From positions 733 to 64,732 of the forward strand of contig JBEKGS010000001.1 in the NCBI GenBank assembly GCA_050012675.1: a stretch of 64,000 nt of DNA. The letters are read 5' to 3'. The position numbers and the translations under genes are program-made. The notes beneath the pieces were generated by a model. It saw nothing but the letters and a program-made list of their open reading frames with translations, searched no databases and was not told where the DNA came from. Source of the DNA: Acidimicrobiales bacterium. Its GTDB lineage: Bacteria > Actinomycetota > Acidimicrobiia > Acidimicrobiales > Bog-793. Below, one piece after another: positions 52,213 to 61,897 of the stretch (its first letter is position 1; each line of letters opens with the position of its first letter).

Positions 52213-53246
52213 GCGAGATGCCGGCCTGCACGGTCGTGATCGGGTCGTTCCTCGAAGCCGAGCTTGTCGAGCGCATATCGGCATCGGGACCGGGGCTGCG
52301 GGTCCTCTACCATCCCGAGCTCTTGCCGGTGCCGCGTTACGCCTGTGACCACAACGGCTCGCCCCGGGAGCTGAGCCCCGAGGAGCTTTCCCGGTGGGAG
52401 GAGACTGTTGCCCAAGCCGAGGTCTTCTTCGATTTCGACTGGCGCGATCCGTCAGGCATGCCGAAGCGCTGCCCGGAGCTGAAATGGATCCAGGCGACGA
52501 GCGCAGGCATCGGCGCTTTCATGCAACGAACGGGACTCGACCGGAGCGGCTTCGTCGTGACAACGGCGGGCGGGATTCACGCCGTTCCCCTTGCCGAGTT
52601 CGCCTTGACGGGTGTGCTTCACTTCGTCAAAGGGCTCCCGGTCCTCGGCCGGTGGCAGCGCGAGCATCATTGGGAGCGTTACACGACCCGTCAGCTGGCC
52701 GGCCTGCGTGTCCTCGTCGTGGGCCTAGGTGGCATCGGTCGGCGCGTGGCGGCGGTTTTCGCCGGGCTCGGCACGGAGGTGTGGGGACTCGAGCGGGCCG
52801 GCGTCAGCCGGGAGCTCCCCTTCGTCGACCGCGTGATCACCCGCGACGGTCTCGACCAGGCCCTTGCTTCTGTCGATGCCCTCATACTCTGCTGTCCGCT
52901 CACCAAAGAGACCGAAGGCCTCATAGGCAGGGACCAGATCGCGCTGCTCGGACCGCAGGCGGTCGTCGTGAACATCTCGCGTGGCCAGGTGGTCGACCAG
53001 GGCGCGCTGTGGGAGGCTCTCGAGGCGCGGCGAATCGGCGGCGCCTGCCTGGACGTGTTCGCCGTGGAGCCGTTGCCGGTGGACAGTCCCCTGTGGGACC
53101 TCGACAATGTGATCGTCTCTCCTCACTCGGCCTCGACGGTGGTGAGCGAGAACGCCGCATTGGCGGAGCTGTTCATCGACAACCTGAGCCGGTTCCGACA
53201 AGGCCAGCCGCTCCGCAATCGCTACGACCCCGTCGCCGGATACTGA
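52209..53246 (+). CDS. D-isomer-specific 2-hydroxyacid dehydrogenase family protein
   Basis: The ATG at 52209 forms an ATGA overlap with the upstream stop. The NAD motif is VLVVGLGGIGRRVA, with NISRGQVVD and VSPHSAS also present. Confidence 0.85.
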   Translation: MSEMPACTVVIGSFLEAELVERISASGPGLRVLYHPELLPVPRYACDHNGSPRELSPEELSRWEETVAQAEVFFDFDWRDPSGMPKRCPELKWIQATSAGIGAFMQRTGLDRSGFVVTTAGGIHAVPLAEFALTGVLHFVKGLPVLGRWQREHHWERYTTRQLAGLRVLVVGLGGIGRRVAAVFAGLGTEVWGLERAGVSRELPFVDRVITRDGLDQALASVDALILCCPLTKETEGLIGRDQIALLGPQAVVVNISRGQVVDQGALWEALEARRIGGACLDVFAVEPLPVDSPLWDLDNVIVSPHSASTVVSENAALAELFIDNLSRFRQGQPLRNRYDPVAGY

Positions 53247-53371
53247 GCCGGACCGTCCCTTAGAACCTCTCCGGCCCCGAAGTTGCGGCTGTCGCCGGGC
53301 AGTGGCCCTTTCCTGAAGTCAAGAGGAGACTCGGTGGCACCGAGGCGCAAAGGCCAGGTCTCTTCTCCGCG

Positions 53372-55021
53372 CTAGCGGAGAGGCCCCATCGGCATCGTCA
53401 GCGGGCCGGCCGCCGGAAGACCCAGTGCGGCCGCCAGCTGAGCATGGCCCCCCCACTCCGACAGCTCTTGACCGAGTCCTCCGGCCTGCAGGAAGGCTGC
53501 GGGGTCGTCGCTGTTACGCGGTGGGCGCAGGCGTTGCACCGGCGAGATGGCGAGGACCGGTCGTAGGCGGGCGTCGAGAGCCAGGCCGGCGCGTTCCCGG
53601 GCGATCTCCGCGGCGCGGTGCAGCCCGCCGAGCTCGTCGACGAGCCCGCGCTCGGCGGCGTCGGCTCCCGTCCAGACCCGGCCGCGGGCCAGCTCGTGAA
53701 CCGCCTCGCGCGTCATGGAGCGCCCGCGGGCGACCTTGGACGTGAAGTCCTCGTAGACGAAGTCGAGCCACTCGTCGAGCTTGGCCCACTCGTCCTCGCT
53801 GAAACCGGTCTGGGAGGAGAACATGAGGGCATGCTGGCCGAGGCCGAGAGTCTCGACGTTCACGCCCAGGCGTTCGAACAGGCCGCTTGTCCTGAGCTTG
53901 CCTCCGAAGACGCCGATCGACCCCGTTAGGGTCCCGGGCTCGGCCACGATGACATCGGCGGCCATGGCAACGAAGTACCCGCCCGAACCGGCGACATCGC
54001 CCATCGAGACCACGACGGGCTTGGACGCCTCACGGGCCCGGCACACCTCACGCCAGATGGTGTCGGAGGCGACGTAGGAGCCGCCGGGGCTGTTGACGCG
54101 GAAGACGATCGCCTTGATGCGCTCGTCCTTGACTGCCGCGCGGAATGCCGCGGTGACTGTGTCAGAACCGGCAGCACGACCGACCGGGCCAGGCTTGGAC
54201 CGGCCGAGACGGATGGAACCGACCGCCTCGATGAGCCCGATGGCGGGACGCCGTTGCTGGAGCGCCTTGTGGACGTTGTCCCACCGCCGCTGGTAGCGCG
54301 ACACGTAGAGAAGCGCAGGCTTCTCGGGCCAGTGGCGGTCGACCGCCTCCCGCACGGCGTCGCGGTAGCCGATGTGGTCGATGAGTCCGGCCTCCAGCGC
54401 TTGGGCCGCAGAGATGGGCGCCTGGTCTATGAGCTCGCGCACCCGGTCGGGGGCAAGGCGCCTGCCGGTCGACACGGCGGCGACGACCTGTTCGTAGGCG
54501 GACTCGGCCAGTCGCCCGGTCGCCTCGCGGTGCGCCTCGGAGAACTCCGTCCGCAAGAACGTGTCGGGGGCGTTCTTGTACTCGTAGCGTTGCGAGAACA
54601 GCGGCTCGACCTGTGCGCGATCGAGAGCGGCACGCACGAAGGCACCCGCCGCCGCCGCCCCCATGAGCCCGATGCTCCCGGACGGCTGCAGCCACAGCTC
54701 GCCGAAACCGGTGGCCACGACATAGGCGGTCGTTCCCCGGCCGAGCTCGCCGAAGGTCTCCGCCCAGGCGATCGCCTCCTTGCCCTTCGCGCGAAAGCGC
54801 GCCACCGCCTCCGACAGCTCCTGAGCCTGCGCCAGCGACATCGAGGTCGTCCCCAGCTTCGCCAGCAACCCGACGACGCTTGGGTCGTCCCCGGCGGAGG
54901 CGAGGCGGCTGACGAGCGTGCGCAGGGCGGTGCGCTTGCGGTTAACCAGCCTTTCGACAGGGTGGGAACCGATGTCTTCGACGATTGCCCCCGTGAGGTC
55001 CAGCTCGAGCAGGATCGACAT
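53372..55021 (-). CDS. sppA: signal peptide peptidase SppA (67K type, tandem S49 domains)
   Basis: Blocks VFRVNSPGGS and the catalytic-serine motif GDVAGSGGY are present, with GVFGG. The ATG at 55021 is preferred over the GTG at 55081. Confidence 0.85.
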   Translation of the reverse strand: MSILLELDLTGAIVEDIGSHPVERLVNRKRTALRTLVSRLASAGDDPSVVGLLAKLGTTSMSLAQAQELSEAVARFRAKGKEAIAWAETFGELGRGTTAYVVATGFGELWLQPSGSIGLMGAAAAGAFVRAALDRAQVEPLFSQRYEYKNAPDTFLRTEFSEAHREATGRLAESAYEQVVAAVSTGRRLAPDRVRELIDQAPISAAQALEAGLIDHIGYRDAVREAVDRHWPEKPALLYVSRYQRRWDNVHKALQQRRPAIGLIEAVGSIRLGRSKPGPVGRAAGSDTVTAAFRAAVKDERIKAIVFRVNSPGGSYVASDTIWREVCRAREASKPVVVSMGDVAGSGGYFVAMAADVIVAEPGTLTGSIGVFGGKLRTSGLFERLGVNVETLGLGQHALMFSSQTGFSEDEWAKLDEWLDFVYEDFTSKVARGRSMTREAVHELARGRVWTGADAAERGLVDELGGLHRAAEIARERAGLALDARLRPVLAISPVQRLRPPRNSDDPAAFLQAGGLGQELSEWGGHAQLAAALGLPAAGPLTMPMGPLR

Positions 55022-55103
55022 GGGTTGGACGGTACCCGAGTGCGGTGCGCCAGTCGAGAGCGCGGGCCAGGCCGCAGTCACAGCCCACCGGTAGTGTTCG
55101 ATC

Positions 55104-58100
55104 GTGCTCCACCTCTACAGCGCCGGCCGCGTGGGGCCTCTTGCGAGGGTGCTCGCCGAATTGCTCGCAGAGCCGCTCGAGGACCCGATGTCCCCGGAAT
55201 GGGTCGCCGTGCCGACTGCCGGTATGCGACGCTGGCTAGCCCTCGAGCTCGCCAGGTCACTCGGCGCTTCGGCGCCTCGTGCCGGCGACGGCGTCGCCGC
55301 GAACATCGAGTTTGCCTTCCCCGGCGCCTTGCGCGAGGTGGTGCTCGAGGCGGAGAGCGGCAAGGGGGCCCGTGATCCGTGGCAGGTCGACTGCCTCGTC
55401 TGGGCCGTGCTCGAGGTTCTGCGCTCGCGCTCGGGCGACGAACGCCTCGGCCCGCTCACGGTCCTGCCACCTGGTGCGACCTGGTTCGGGCGGGCCCGGC
55501 GCCTCGCGGACCTGTTCGATCGTTACTCGGTGCGCCGGCCCGAGCTCGTGGTTGCCTGGCGGGCCGGCCACGACCTCGACCCGACGGGTCGCCCCCTTGC
55601 CGAGCACGACAGCTGGCAGCCCCACCTCTGGCGCCTCGTGCGCGAGCTCGTCGGCGTGCCCAGCCCTCCCGAACGCCTGCCCGGACTGCTCGAGAAGGTG
55701 CGCACCGGTGAGCTCGCTCTCGATCTCCCGGTGCGACTCGCCATCTTCGGGTTGACGACGCTCCCGAGCGGAGCTCCTTTCATCGAGCTGATCGAGGCCA
55801 TCGGTGCCCGGCGGGACCTGCACCTGTTGTTGCTCGACCCGTCACCTGCCACGACCCTACGCGTCCGCCAGGCGGCCCTTTTGGGTTCCAGGTCCCGGGC
55901 GCTGCTGCGCGTCGACGACAGGTCGGACAGCGAGGTGACCCACCCGCTGTTGCGATCGTGGGGGCGCCCCTACCGGGAGCGGACCGTGCTTCTTTCAGCT
56001 GGCGAGTCGCGCGGCCTTCCTGTTCCCGTCAGCGTCGACGAAGACGACGAGGCCCGGGACGCAAGGCCGGCCTCGCTGTTGGCCCGTGTGCAACAAGACC
56101 TGCGCTCAGGTACCGCACCCGCCGGCGTTTTCGAGCTCGATGCCTCCGACCGCTCCATCCAGGTGCACTCGTGCCACGGGATGGCCCGTCAGGTCCAGGT
56201 GCTGCGCGACGCCATCCTCCATCTCCTGGCAGACGACCCGACGCTCACCGAGGAGGACATCGTCGTGCTCTCCCCGGCGATAGACCAGTTCGTTCCGCTG
56301 GTGGAGGCCGGATTCGGAGGCTCGGCCGACGAACAGGTCGAGGCACCGAGCGCCACGCCAAGGCTGCGCTATCGAATCACGGACCGTTCGCTACGGGAGG
56401 CGTACCCGGTGCTGGCGGCGCTCGACTCACTGCTGGCGCTCGTCTCGGGCCGGTTCGCCGCCTCGGAGGTACTGGCTTTCATCTCGCTGCCGGCCGTCCG
56501 CAAGCGCTTCGACTTTGACGACGCCGCCCTTCGGACCGTGGCGGACTGGATTGTCCAGACGAACCTTCGCTGGGGTCTGGACGGCCCGCACCGGCAGGCA
56601 TGGGGCCTCCCGGTGGAGTACACGGCCAACTCGTGGCGGGCGGCCATCGACCGCGTGCTCATGGGAGTGGCCGCGTCCGACGACGACTTTCACGTGACGC
56701 CGGGCGACATTGCTCCCCTCGGGGTGGAGGGCGACGACATCGAGCTCGCAGGTCGCCTCGCCGATGTTCTCGAGCGTCTCGCCTCGACCGCGCGTGACAT
56801 GGGACAAGAGCGCACGGCAGCTCAGTGGTGCGAGGCCCTCTCGGATGTCATCGCTCAGTTCTTCCAGGTCGACACGGCCCAGCAGTGGCAGATCGACCAC
56901 GTCCGGCGGATTGTCGCCGAGATCGGCGACAACGCCATGGTGGCCGACAGGGCGGCGTCGGTCGGGCTTTCGCTCGGCGATGTACGCCGACTGCTGGTCG
57001 ACAGGTTCCAAGGCACGTCGAGTCGTCCCGACTTCTTCCGGGGCGGCATCACGGTGAGCTCGTTGACGCCGCTCAGGTGGTTGCCCTTCCGCGTCATCTG
57101 CATCCTCGGGCTCGACGAGGCAGGCACCGGTGGTGCCGTGGGCACCGATGGCGACGACCTGGCGGCGGCGGCACCGCTCGTGGGCGACCGCGACCCGCGT
57201 TCGGAGGTCCGCCAGGCCCTTTTGGAGGCCGTGTTAGCGGCCGGCGACTATCTCGTCATCACACGTACGGGTCACAACATCCGCACGAACCAGGTGGAGC
57301 CGCCCGCCACGGTGCTCGCCGAGTTTCGCGACATGATCACGACCACGCTCGCAGCTGAGTGCAGAACCGCCTACCGGGACCGGATCGAGACCGTTCACCC
57401 GCTGCAACCTTTCGACGACCGCTGTTTCAGGCCCGGGGAGCTGAACCGGCCGGGCCCGTGGAGCTTCGATGCCGGTGCGTTCGCCGGGGCAGCCGCCCGC
57501 CGGGCGCGGCGCCCGGACAAAGCTCCCCTCCTTGAAGGATCGCTTCCTTCCTTGCCCGAGGAGGGCACCGTCATCGACCTCGCCGAGCTCCAGAGCTTTC
57601 TCAGGCACCCGGTTAAGGCGTTCTGGCGACAGCGTCTGCAGCTTCACCTGCCGAGCGACGACCGCGAGCTGTCCGATGATCTGCCGACGTCGCTGGACGG
57701 CCTCGAATGCTGGGCGGCCGCCGACCGGCTCCTGAGGGCCAGCGTCGCGGGGCACGGTGTCGAGGAGTGGGAGCGCCACGAGCGTGCCCTCGGGACCTTG
57801 CCCCCGGGAGGGCTCGGCGACGTCGTTCTCGAAGAGATCGAGGGCACCGTCGCACAGTTGCTCGACACCGCCACCGAGATGGGCGTCGATCCCGCCCGGG
57901 ACGACCGCCTGCCCGCCGAGGTCGTGCTCGCCGACGGCACGCGCATCGTGGGCACGGTCATCGGTCGCTCGGCGGAACCTCCGGGCCCGGCACTGGTCAC
58001 CTTCAGCAAGGTTGCGCCCAAGCGACGCCTGGCCGCCTGGCTCGACCTCATGGTGCTCGTTGCCACCGACGCCTCGGTCAAGTGGCGAAGCGTCGTGCTC

Positions 58101-58490
58101 GGGCGCGCCGACAAGAGCGGCGAGTTGAAGACGCTCGTGCTCGTCGGCAGGGGCGACACCGCCGCCGAGCGCCGAGACCGGGCGCTCACTGGGCTCGAGG
58201 TCGTCGTCGACTGCTACCGGCGAGGCATGCGCGAGCCGATCCCGCTCTTTTCGTCCTTGTCGTACAAGCTCCACTCGGGCAAAGCCAGCTCGAACGACTG
58301 GCGGCCCTACGGCGGTCGCGGGGACGGTGTCGACGACGCCAACCGCCTGGCGTTCGGGGATCTCAGCTTCGAGGACCTGCGCGCCATGCCCGCTGGCCCG
58401 GACGACCCCGAGGGACCCTCACCCGAACGGGCACGGCGGTTCGCCGACTACCTGTGGGCCACGGTCGAGACGAGTGCGAGCGAGCTTTGA
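55104..58490 (+). CDS. recC: exodeoxyribonuclease V gamma subunit
   Basis: The GTG start gives MLHLYSAGRVGPLARVLAELL. The product is 1128 aa and its position upstream of recB and recD fits RecC. Confidence 0.9.
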   Translation: MLHLYSAGRVGPLARVLAELLAEPLEDPMSPEWVAVPTAGMRRWLALELARSLGASAPRAGDGVAANIEFAFPGALREVVLEAESGKGARDPWQVDCLVWAVLEVLRSRSGDERLGPLTVLPPGATWFGRARRLADLFDRYSVRRPELVVAWRAGHDLDPTGRPLAEHDSWQPHLWRLVRELVGVPSPPERLPGLLEKVRTGELALDLPVRLAIFGLTTLPSGAPFIELIEAIGARRDLHLLLLDPSPATTLRVRQAALLGSRSRALLRVDDRSDSEVTHPLLRSWGRPYRERTVLLSAGESRGLPVPVSVDEDDEARDARPASLLARVQQDLRSGTAPAGVFELDASDRSIQVHSCHGMARQVQVLRDAILHLLADDPTLTEEDIVVLSPAIDQFVPLVEAGFGGSADEQVEAPSATPRLRYRITDRSLREAYPVLAALDSLLALVSGRFAASEVLAFISLPAVRKRFDFDDAALRTVADWIVQTNLRWGLDGPHRQAWGLPVEYTANSWRAAIDRVLMGVAASDDDFHVTPGDIAPLGVEGDDIELAGRLADVLERLASTARDMGQERTAAQWCEALSDVIAQFFQVDTAQQWQIDHVRRIVAEIGDNAMVADRAASVGLSLGDVRRLLVDRFQGTSSRPDFFRGGITVSSLTPLRWLPFRVICILGLDEAGTGGAVGTDGDDLAAAAPLVGDRDPRSEVRQALLEAVLAAGDYLVITRTGHNIRTNQVEPPATVLAEFRDMITTTLAAECRTAYRDRIETVHPLQPFDDRCFRPGELNRPGPWSFDAGAFAGAAARRARRPDKAPLLEGSLPSLPEEGTVIDLAELQSFLRHPVKAFWRQRLQLHLPSDDRELSDDLPTSLDGLECWAAADRLLRASVAGHGVEEWERHERALGTLPPGGLGDVVLEEIEGTVAQLLDTATEMGVDPARDDRLPAEVVLADGTRIVGTVIGRSAEPPGPALVTFSKVAPKRRLAAWLDLMVLVATDASVKWRSVVLGRADKSGELKTLVLVGRGDTAAERRDRALTGLEVVVDCYRRGMREPIPLFSSLSYKLHSGKASSNDWRPYGGRGDGVDDANRLAFGDLSFEDLRAMPAGPDDPEGPSPERARRFADYLWATVETSASEL

Positions 58491-61400
58491 TGAGCGCGCC
58501 ACAGGTCTTCTCCCTCCTCGACGAGCTGCCCACCGGTTGCGTCGCGATCGAGGCGAGCGCAGGGACCGGCAAGACCTTCACGCTCGCCGGCCTCGTGGTG
58601 CGTTATGTGGCCGAGGAAGCCGTCCGTGTCGAAGAGCTGCTCATGGTCACCTTCACCCGGGCTGCCGCAGCCGAGCTGCGCGACCGCGTGCGGAGCCGGC
58701 TCAGCGAGGCGGCGGCCGCGTTGCGCGACCCAGCCGGCATCGCGCCGGCCGACCAGCTCCTCACGCACCTGGCGGCCGGTGATCGCGACGTCCGTCTTTC
58801 CCGCTTGGAGCAGGCCGTCATCGATTTCGACGCGGCCACTATCACGACGATCCACGGCTTTGCCCAGCAGGTGCTCGCCACCCTGGGCTCGGCGGCTCCC
58901 GGTGACCGCGAGGCGACGCTGCTCGACGACACGGACGAGCTCGTCGAAGCCGTCTCTGCCGACGTGCTCGCGACCGAGTCCGTATCCGACCCGCATGTCG
59001 CCGACGAGCTGCCCGACCTCAAGACCCTCTCGCAGCTGTGCGCGAAGGTGCTCGGGAACCCCGGCATCAATATCATCCCCGGCCCCGACCCATCCCGGTC
59101 CACGCCCGGCGCCGCCCGGGTGCGACGCCTTGTCGACAGCGTCGTCGAGGAGGTGCACAGGCGACGGCGCGTTGCCGGCACTCTTTCGTTCGACGACCTC
59201 TTGACGCGACTGCGCGACGCGCTCGACGAGGGGTCGGTCGCCGTCGCGACGCTGCGCCGCCGTTTCCGGGTCGCGCTCATCGACGAATTCCAGGACACCG
59301 ACCCGGTGCAGTGGGCGATCTTCTCGCGGCTGTTCGCCTCTCCCGGACATGCCTCGCCGCTCATCTTGGTCGCTGACCCCAAACAGGCGATCTACGCCTT
59401 CCGCGGCGCCAACGTGCACACCTACCTCGAGGCCGCCTACCAGCCGGACACCCGGCGCTTTACCCTCGATGTGAACCGCAGGTCCGACGGAGCGCTCATC
59501 GACGCCCTCGGGCGCATGTTCGAAGGCGCGACGTTCGGGGATCCCCGCATCGAGTTCGTACCGGTCAACGCAGCCCGTGAGCACGAGGACGTCCGTGTGA
59601 AGACCGAAGACGGTGCCGCTCTTCCCGCGCTTTCGCTACGCCTGGCGGTCGGCGCCGACCTGGCTCGCGGTACGAACGGCTGGATCCTCGCCGGCCCCGC
59701 TCAGGCTGCGATCGCCCGCGACCTCGCGCTCGAGGTCCACCGGTTGCTGGAGACGGCTTGGATCCCTTCAGGGGAGGGCACCGCACTGCGCCGTCGCGTG
59801 CGGCCCGGCAATATCGCCGTGCTGCTTGGGACCAATGGCGAGGCCGAGCTGATACAGACCGCCCTGCGCCTGCGGGGCATTCCTGCCGTGGTGACCCGCA
59901 GCGACAGCGTGCTGCAGTCGGATGCCGCTCGGCATTGGCGTTTCCTGCTCGCGGGCCTGACGCGACCTGCCGACCCGACCCGGGCCCGCACGGCGGCCTT
60001 CTCGTGCTTCTTCGGCTGGTCGGTGGCCGATCTCGATGCCGCGGACGATGCCGAGCTGGGTCGGGTGCAGGACCAGCTCTTCAGGTGGTCCGAGATCCTC
60101 AATGCGCAAGGGACGGTCGCATTTTGCGCTCGGGTCTGGTCCGACAGCGGCGTGACTGCCCGGGTGCTCGCTACAAGTGACGGGGACCGCGAGCTGACCG
60201 ACCTCGATCACATCGCGGGATTGCTCCAGATGAGCACCGTCGGGCGCCGGCCGACGGCAGCGGGCCTGCTTGCGACTCTCAAACAGCTCGAGTCCGAGGC
60301 CGGTGGCGATCCCGAGACCGACCTGACGGCCCGCCAGGTCGACTCGGACGCCGAGGCCGTGCGGATCATGACCGTGCACGCGGCCAAGGGCCTCGAGTTC
60401 CCGATCGTTTGCGTGCCGACGCTCTGGCGTCGGGGCGGGGCGATGTCGCCGGAGATCGTGTTCCGGGACCCCGCCACGGGCCTTCGGACCTTCGACGTCG
60501 CCAATGGCGAGCATTGGCCCACGCCGGGGGAGGCTTCGCAGCGCAAGGCTCTTGCCGAGGACGAGCTGCGCGGGGAGAACTTGCGTCTTTTGTACGTGGC
60601 TCTCACCCGTGCCCAGCACAAGACACTCGTGTGGTGGTCGCGGGTGCAGCGCTGCGAGGCCAGCGGTCTCAGTCACGTGCTCTTCGCCCGGCACAATGCC
60701 GCCATAGACAGGGAGCAATTCGAGGCCGCCAAGGTCTGCTTCCCGGACGACGCGCAGGCCGCCTCCGTGCTCGCGCCCGTGTTCGCTCCGGCGGGCGACG
60801 CCGTGGCCATCACGGTCACAGGAGCTGTGGACGGCCCGGCCCGCTCATGGGACGGCGACGGCACCCGGGCCCCGACAGGCGTCATGAGCCACGCCGTGCT
60901 CCAGCGGGTGCTGCCCCGCGACATCCACCGCTGGTCGTTCAGCGCCATAAGCGACCGAGCCCGACACGCCGAGTTCGATCCTGAGGACGAGAGCCTTGGT
61001 GATTCCGGCGCGGCCGACGAGCCCGCCGAGGCCCACGGCGCCGTTGCGGCGGTCGGCACGGCCTCCCGCCCTGAGCTGCCCCTCGGCGCCATCGCCGGCG
61101 GGACCCAGTTCGGCACCCTCGTCCACGAGGTGCTCGCGCTCGTCGACTTTGCCGCGGCCGACCTCGACAAAGAGCTGCGTACCTGCGTCGAGGAGCGGTT
61201 GCGGTGGACCCCGTGGCCGGTCGACCCGGAGACTCTCGTCGCCGGCCTACGCGCAGCGATCGAGTCGCCCCTCGGCCCGCTGTTCGGCACCAGGCGGTTG
61301 CGGGATCTCGGGAGCCGAGATCGTCTCGACGAACTGAGCTTCGAGCTGCGCCTCGGCGGCAAGGGCCGCTTCGCGACCGACCGAGACATCGGCGCGCTCA

Positions 61401-61897
61401 TGCTCGCCCACCTGGCCGACGACGACCCGCTCCGGTCCTGGGCGCAACGCCTCGGCGCGGGACTGTTCGGTGTCGGGCTCGCAGGCCATCTCACAGGCTC
61501 CATCGACATGGTCGTGCGCCTCGGCGACGCGGCTGGGTCGCCGAGGCGCTTTGTCGTCGTCGACTACAAGACCAACGTGCTCTGCGACGAGGGCCGCGAG
61601 CCGCGGCTCCTCGACTATCACCCCGGCCGCTTGGCAGCGGCGATGGCGGCACACCACTACCCCTTGCAAGCCCTTCTCTACCTGGTGGCGTTGCACCGCT
61701 ACCTGCGTTGGCGCTTGCCCGGTTACCGGCCCGCCGAGCACCTCGGAGGCGCCGCCTACCTGTTCGTGCGGGGCATGGCAGGCGCTGGCACTCCGCTCAT
61801 CGGGGAGGACCCGCACGGGGTGTTCACCTGGCGTGTCCCGCCTGCTCTCGTGACCGGGCTCAGCGACCTGCTCGACGGCGCCGGGGCCCTCGCGTGA
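58490..61897 (+). CDS. recB: exodeoxyribonuclease V beta subunit (UvrD-type helicase plus PD-(D/E)XK nuclease)
   Basis: The ATG at 58490 forms a TGATG overlap. Walker A is ASAGTGKT, with DEFQDTDP, VHAAKGLEF and the nuclease motif GSIDMVV...VVVDYKTN. Confidence 0.9.
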   Translation: MSAPQVFSLLDELPTGCVAIEASAGTGKTFTLAGLVVRYVAEEAVRVEELLMVTFTRAAAAELRDRVRSRLSEAAAALRDPAGIAPADQLLTHLAAGDRDVRLSRLEQAVIDFDAATITTIHGFAQQVLATLGSAAPGDREATLLDDTDELVEAVSADVLATESVSDPHVADELPDLKTLSQLCAKVLGNPGINIIPGPDPSRSTPGAARVRRLVDSVVEEVHRRRRVAGTLSFDDLLTRLRDALDEGSVAVATLRRRFRVALIDEFQDTDPVQWAIFSRLFASPGHASPLILVADPKQAIYAFRGANVHTYLEAAYQPDTRRFTLDVNRRSDGALIDALGRMFEGATFGDPRIEFVPVNAAREHEDVRVKTEDGAALPALSLRLAVGADLARGTNGWILAGPAQAAIARDLALEVHRLLETAWIPSGEGTALRRRVRPGNIAVLLGTNGEAELIQTALRLRGIPAVVTRSDSVLQSDAARHWRFLLAGLTRPADPTRARTAAFSCFFGWSVADLDAADDAELGRVQDQLFRWSEILNAQGTVAFCARVWSDSGVTARVLATSDGDRELTDLDHIAGLLQMSTVGRRPTAAGLLATLKQLESEAGGDPETDLTARQVDSDAEAVRIMTVHAAKGLEFPIVCVPTLWRRGGAMSPEIVFRDPATGLRTFDVANGEHWPTPGEASQRKALAEDELRGENLRLLYVALTRAQHKTLVWWSRVQRCEASGLSHVLFARHNAAIDREQFEAAKVCFPDDAQAASVLAPVFAPAGDAVAITVTGAVDGPARSWDGDGTRAPTGVMSHAVLQRVLPRDIHRWSFSAISDRARHAEFDPEDESLGDSGAADEPAEAHGAVAAVGTASRPELPLGAIAGGTQFGTLVHEVLALVDFAAADLDKELRTCVEERLRWTPWPVDPETLVAGLRAAIESPLGPLFGTRRLRDLGSRDRLDELSFELRLGGKGRFATDRDIGALMLAHLADDDPLRSWAQRLGAGLFGVGLAGHLTGSIDMVVRLGDAAGSPRRFVVVDYKTNVLCDEGREPRLLDYHPGRLAAAMAAHHYPLQALLYLVALHRYLRWRLPGYRPAEHLGGAAYLFVRGMAGAGTPLIGEDPHGVFTWRVPPALVTGLSDLLDGAGALA

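Noticed and set aside
57707-58489. N-terminal extension of the recB ORF (1396 aa in the track). The recD ORF is likewise extended from 61204.
   Set aside because: The extensions are off-frame readings of recC and recB respectively, and are Arg-rich. The true starts are the ATG at 58490 and the GTG at 61894, which overlap the preceding stops and give canonical N-termini.
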